Origin: Isurus oxyrinchus
Lineage: Eukaryota
Assembly (NCBI GenBank): GCA_026770705.1
Contig: JANJGN010000030.1
Span: forward strand, 1,364,001-1,428,000
Reading direction: 5' to 3'
DNA: 64,000 nucleotides
Part shown: positions 58,424 to 64,000 of the stretch, in pieces
Layout: every line of letters begins with the position of its first letter
Numbering within the stretch: position 1 is the stretch's first letter
Translations under genes and position numbers: made by a program
Notes under the pieces: generated by a model
What the model was told of the DNA's origin: nothing
What the model saw: only the letters and a program-made list of their open reading frames with translations
The model's database searches: none

Positions 58424-59985
58424 TCACAGAATCTTTTACAGTGCAGAAGGAGGCCACTCGGCCCATCAAGAGCCTTCCACCTAGTCCCACTCCCTGCCTC
58501 ATCCCCGTAACCTTGCACATTCTCTCTTTTCATGTAACAATCCAATTCCCTTCTGAATACCTCGATCGAACCTGCCACCACCACCCTCTCAGGATTTTTG
58601 TTCCAGACTCCAACCACCCTCTGGGTGAATTAACCTTTCCTCACATCACATTTACTCCTTTTGCGAATTATTTTGAATCTGTGCCCTCTAGTTCCTGATG
58701 TTCACTTGAGTGGGAACAGTTTCTCACTATTTACCCTGTCCATAACCCTCAGGATCTTGAATACCACATCAAATCTCCTCTCAGCCTTCTTTTCTCCAAG
58801 GAAAACAGTCCCAACCTCTCCAATCTATCCTCATAGCTACAGCTCTTCATCCCGAGAAACATTCTTGTGAATCTCCTCTGTACCCTCTCCAATGTCTTCA
58901 CATCCTTCCTCAAGTATGGCGCCCAGAATTGGACACAGTGTTCCAGATGAGGCCTAACTAGTGTCTTATACAAGTTCAACATGACCTCCTTACTCTTGTA
59001 CTCAATGCCCCTATTAATAAAGCCTAAGATATAATATGTTTTATTTACTGCTCTCTCAATATGCCCTGCCATCTTCAATGACCTATGTATGTCTGAGGTC
59101 CCTCTGTTCCTGCACCTCTTTTAGAGGCTCTCTCTTTACTTTATACTGTCTCACCATATCTTTCCTGTGAATCACCTCACACTCCTCTGCATTGACCTTC
59201 ATCTGCCACTTGTCTGCTCAATCCACCAACATGTCTGTGTCCTTTTGAAGTTCAAGACTATGCTCATCACAGTTGATAACATTTTGAATCTTCATATCAG
59301 CTGCAAATTTTGAAGTCGCGCCCTGCACGCCACAGTCTAGGTCATTAATATATATCAGAAAGAGCAAGGGTCCCACAACTGAGCCCTGAGGAACTCCACT
59401 ACAAACCTTCCTCCAATCTGGAAAAAATCCATTTATCACTACTGTTTCCTGTCACTCAACCAATTTCTTATCCAAGTGCCTACTTTCCCTTTTATTCCAG
59501 GAGCTAGAATTTTGCTCACAGGTCTGTTGTGTGGCACTGTCTCAAATGCCCTTTGAAAATCCACGTACACCACATCAACAGCATTTCCTTCATCAGCCTT
59601 CTCTGTTACCTCCGCAAAGTGTCTAAGTGGTTATTGATTTTATCCGGTACTATAGTTTCCAGAAGTTTGCCTACCACTGAGGTCAAACTGACTGGTCTGT
59701 AATTGCCAGCTTTATCCTTGCAACCCTGTTTGAACAAGGGTGTAACATTCTCCAGTCCTCTGGCACCTCGCCTGTGTCTAAGGAAGACTGGAAGATTATC
59801 ACTGGTGCCTCTGCAATTTCCACTCCCCCTTCCCTCAGTACCCTCAGATGCATCTCATCCGGTTCTGGTACCTTATCTGTTTTAAGTAAAGATAGCCTTT
59901 CCAACACCGTCTTCCTATCAATTGTAAATCCTTCTACTGTACCAGTTACCTCCTCTCTCACCTCGGCCTGGGTAGTCTTCCATAG
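58424..59985 (-). mobile_element. CR1 LINE, 5'-truncated and degenerate
   Basis: [42 protein letters not shown] (FADD mutated), LYKTLVRPHLEHCVQFWAP; 3' tail cacagaat at ~58425. Confidence 0.93.
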
Positions 59986-60184
59986 TTGAATAGTTGAAGA
60001 TACATGGAGACAGGGACAGGTGGGTGGGAGGCTGCAGCATCGGGAGCTGTTTGAGGGTAAGGTGGAGAATCCGGATGTTAGTCCTGAGTCCTGATTTCCA
60101 GGGGGTGCTGCCGTGTGATTGATGAGGGTGGGGTGCACTGAGCAGCATAAGATGGTTATAAAGTGTCATGTGGAGATGCATTCA

Positions 60185-60400
60185 CTGACCTTCATTCAAT
60201 TTCTTGTAATACTGTTGCCAAGTCTCGGGTCCAGACTCGGATGTTGACCTCCCTGGCCATCTCTTCCCATTCCCTCCGAGCGTGACCTTTGACCCTCGCA
60301 GACTACAACATCATTCCATTTGTTCACCTCCAGTGCCCCATCCATCACCCTGGAACCCTCTGTCTCTGCTCTGTTATCGACTTTCCCTGTTTTAACTTCC
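60185..60400 (-). pseudogene. Myb/SANT-like (trihelix) DNA-binding domain remnant, Harbinger/PIF ORF1-type
   Basis: Across frameshifts: RQRVP/MDGALEV..RREWEEMAREVN..TWQQYYKKLNE, fitting the W..A..VN..RTxxQCxKKxxD pattern. Confidence 0.55.
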
Positions 60401-60570
60401 ACCAATTACTCAGTGCAGATTCACTTTAAGAGCAACCACCTGCCTTTAAACAGAGCTAGCTGACTGCACCCATGTGCTATGAACACAGACTGCGTACCCT
60501 ACTGAGCACAGAGGCACCAGCAGCGAGGAGGACACTGAGTCCCACACTGCAATCACACAGCACCAAGGTA

Positions 60571-62264
60571 TGTTACAATTAAGAGTTTTATAAGATTATT
60601 ATATTTTGGGACTGTAGATTTAAATTTAGGGTAAATCCAGTTCTGAAGCCTGCCTGAGAGTGAACCTGCATGGTTTGATTGTTACAGCTCCAAGGAAGGT
60701 TTAGATTGTTTTACGGAGAAGAAGGTCCAAGGTGTTTACACTTGCAGAGCTCTGAGATTCAGAGGGATCTGGGTGTCCTAGTGCATGAATCACAAAAGGC
60801 TAGCATGCAGGTACAACAATAGAACGTTATCATTTACTGTGAGGGGAATTGAATATAAAAGTAGGGAGGTTTTGCTTCAGTTGTACAGGGCATTGGTGAG
60901 GCCACATCTGGAGTATCGTGTACAGTAGTGGTCTCCTTATCTAAGGTAGGATGTGAATGTGTTAGAAGGAGTTCAGAGCTTTACTAAGCTAGTACCATGA
61001 ATGGGTGGGTTGTCTTATGAAGTAAGGTTGGACAGGCTAGGCTTGCGTGTGCTGGAGTTTAGAAGGAGTCAGAGGCGACTTGATTGAAACATATAAGATC
61101 CTGAGGGGTTTTGACAGGGTGGATGTGGAGAGGAGGTTTCCTCTTGTAGGACAATCTAGAACCAGGGGTCACTATTTAAAAATAAGAGGTTGCCCATTTA
61201 AAACAGAAATGAGGAGAATTTTTTTCTCTCAGAGGATAGTAAATCTTTGGAACTCTCTTCCTCAAAAGGAAGTGGCAGTAGGTCTGAATATTTTTAAGGC
61301 AGAGCTAGATAGGTTCTTGATTAACAAGGTTAATCGGGTGAAAGGTTATCAGGGTAGGCAGGGAGTTACAATCAGATCAGTCATGATCTTATTGAATAGC
61401 AGAGCAGTCTTGAAGGGCTGAGTGGCTTATTCTGAATTCATATGGGCGTATCCATGTTTGCATGAACAATGGCAGCGATCTCTGCATTTACAATGAGTAG
61501 ACTCTGCATCCCCCAAAGTCCCAGAAAGGTGTTGTCGATACTGGGTTGTAAACAGATGTTTTGTAAACGGGCCACTTAATTCTAAGGTGAAAGGGAGTGG
61601 GGATCAAAGTTGGCTAATTAACATTTCTGCCTCAATAGATTAATGTATTTCACATTGCCATGGGGAGGAAGAGGGCAGAGGGAGGCATTTTTGAGATCAG
61701 GTAACACCTCCCCTGAAGACAATGAGTATGACAGACTGCGGAGGTTCAGTCTGGTCAGCAGAGAGAAAGGCTGCTTCAGTTTGCAAACTTTGAGAAGCCA
61801 GAAGCGGGAGGGAGATAGTCCCTAGCTAAAAAGACACATCCTGCAGACTATTAAGGATTCCAGCAGGTTCCGCCTGACTTGGACGAGAGAAGAAGAATCA
61901 TTGGAACAGGCTTCTCCAAAAACTGAGGAAAGCGCCTGGTGATCGTCACTCGAAGTTCCAACTCAGCAAAGCAGGGATGTGGGAACCTATTGGAAGGTGA
62001 GAGCAACTGTGGGCTGTTTGCTGAAAAGCCTGTAATCCATAGAGAGAGCGGTTGGTGATAAGTCTAAAAGGGGAATGTCCCTCTTCGTACTTTAAGGTAA
62101 AAGTTCCTTACAACAAGAAACTAGAGTTTAGTCAACAATGCTTTTAGCCATTTGTTAAAGTAAAAGCTTTAAAACATGAAACCACAATGTGTTCTTCTTT
62201 CAGCTGTTAACCAGAAGTTCAAATTTCCTTCGGAATATTATTGGTCTCCGTGGTGATCGTAACA
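60571..62264. mobile_element. Solo LTR interrupted by a CR1 insertion
   Basis: Starts TGTTAC, ends GTAACA (6-bp inverted termini); flanks GGTA/GGTG are a candidate 4-bp TSD with one mismatch; about 1 kb after removing the CR1. Confidence 0.65.
60750..61445 (+). mobile_element. CR1 LINE 3' fragment
   Basis: QRDLGVLVHESQK, LYRALVRPHLEY, RGDLIETYKILRGFDRVD..SRTRGH..FKTEMRRIFFSQR; tail gaagggctgagtggc. Confidence 0.92.
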
Positions 62265-62569
62265 GGTGGGAGCACCAACTCTGTGTGTTGCACACAACCA
62301 ATGAAACAGGCCAATGGACCAATGGACAGGTCACAAACAATGACTCACGTGCCCAAAAAAACTGCTCAGGCAAATTTTTAGCTCCCCCACCCCAGCAAAT
62401 CTCCAGCTCATCCATTCTCACATCTGGGGATGGTGTGGGTTCAGTGGGGTGGGGGTGGGGGGGAGGGGTGTGGTGGTGGTGGTGGATGTGGAAGGCAGGG
62501 AAATTGGTGTTGGGTAACAGCATGACATAGATAGAGAATGAGCTTCCCAGTCTACAGTCCACCCCCTGC

Positions 62570-64000
62570 ATATACCCAGCCTGTGGGTACACCCAGTCTT
62601 ATGGGTACACCCAGCCCATTGATATATCCTGTCTTTTAGGAGCATCTAGTCCCATGGATACACTTTGCCCCATGGCTTCACACTGACCCATGTGCACGCC
62701 CAGTCCCATGGATACACCCAGTCCATGAGTACTCCCAGTCCATGGGTACACCCAGTCCATGAGTACTCCCAGTCCATGGGTACACCCAGTCCATGAGTAC
62801 TCCCAGTCCATGGATACACCCAGTCCATGAATACTCCCAGTCCATGGATGCAGCCAGCCCATGGGTACTCCCAGTCCATGGGTACTCCCAGCCCATGAGT
62901 ACTACCAGTCCATGGATACACCCAGTCCATGGGTACTTCCAGTCCATGAGTACACCCAGTCCATGAGTACTACCAGTCCATGGGTACTCCCAGTCCATCG
63001 ATACACCCAGTCCATGAGTACTCCCAGACCATAGGTACTCCCAGCCCATGGGTACTCCCAGTCCATGGGTACTCCTAGCCCATGCGTACTACCAGTCCAT
63101 GGATACACCCAGTCCATGAGTACTCCCAGACCATAGGTACTCCCAGCCCATGGGTACTCCCAGTCCATGGGTACTCCCAGCCCATGCGTACTACCAGTCC
63201 ATGGATACACCCAGTCCATGAGTACTCCCAGTCCATGGGTACTTCCAGTCCATGGATACACCCAGTCCATGAGTACTCCCAGCCCATAGGTACTCCCAGC
63301 CCATGGGTACTCCCAGTTCATGGGTACTCCCAGCCCATGAGTACTACCAGTCCATGGATACACCCAGTCCATGAGTACTCCCAGTCCATGGGTACTTCCA
63401 GTCCATGAGTACACCCAGTCCATGAGTACTACCAGTCCATGGGTACTCCCAGTCCATGGATACACCCAGTCCATGACTACTCCCAGCCCATAGGTACTCC
63501 CAGCCCATGGGTACTCCCAGTCCATGGGTACTCCCAGCCCATGAGTACTACCAATCCATGGATACACCCAGTCCATGAGTACTCCCAGTCCATGGGTACT
63601 TCCAGTCCATGAGTACACTCAGTCCATGAGTACTACCAGTCCATGGGTACTCCCAGTCCATCGATACACCCAGTCCATGAGTACTCCCAGACCATAGGTA
63701 CTCCCAGCCCATGGGTACTCCCAGTCCATGGGTACTCCTAGCCCATGCGTACTACCAGTCCATGGATACACCCAGTCCATGAGTACTCCCAGACCATAGG
63801 TACTCCCAGCCCATGGGTACTCCCAGTCCATGGGTACTCCCAGCCCATGCGTACTACCAGTCCATGGATACACCCAGTCCATGAGTACTCCCAGTCCATG
63901 GGTACTTCCAGTCCATGGATACACCCAGTCCATGAGTACTCCCAGCCCATAGGTACTCCCAGCCCATGGGTACTCCCAGTTCATGGGTACTCCCAGCCCA
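62570..64000 (+). repeat. 17-bp tandem repeat (CCCAGTCCATGRGTACW), open at the right edge
   Basis: Regular 17-bp units from ~62717 with degenerate units at 62570-62716; ORFs show 17-aa periodicity; 663-bp higher-order duplication. Confidence 0.97.

Noticed and set aside
62599-63984. Trp-rich repeat ORFs (WEYPWTGSTHGLGVLMD)
   Set aside because: Translation of the 17-bp repeat in all three minus frames.
62717-64000. Common origin of the 17-mer and 28-mer (shared AGTCC; 39-unit duplications in both)
   Set aside because: Only a 5-6 nt match, and 39 is one of many periods in the 28-mer array, so coincidence is sufficient.

Overview
Eukaryotic repeat-rich genomic DNA with no host gene I can support. 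The CR1, Tx1, Penelope and DeuSINE-type elements resemble those of cartilaginous fishes (sharks); this is inference, not a database result. Bases 1-41724 are one unidirectional, GC-rich tandem satellite with a 28-bp monomer (consensus GGAGTCCGCCGGAACCCTCGCCGAGAGA, about 1,490 copies here, continuing off the left edge). It carries nested kb-scale duplications, and its hundreds of ORFs are by-products of a stop-free monomer. Bases 42071-62560 are a nested patchwork of decayed transposons: a Gmr1-like LTR retrotransposon (gag-PR-INT-RT-RNaseH order, tRNA-Pro PBS), several CR1 LINE fragments, a near-complete but inactivated Tx1/L1 LINE, a Penelope-type end with a degenerate hammerhead ribozyme, a SINE split by a MITE, and a Harbinger-like Myb/SANT remnant containing a solo LTR that itself contains a CR1. 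From about 62570 a second, 17-bp tandem repeat runs off the right edge. I see no convincing new protein-coding system; the most novel-looking material is the architecture of the two satellites.
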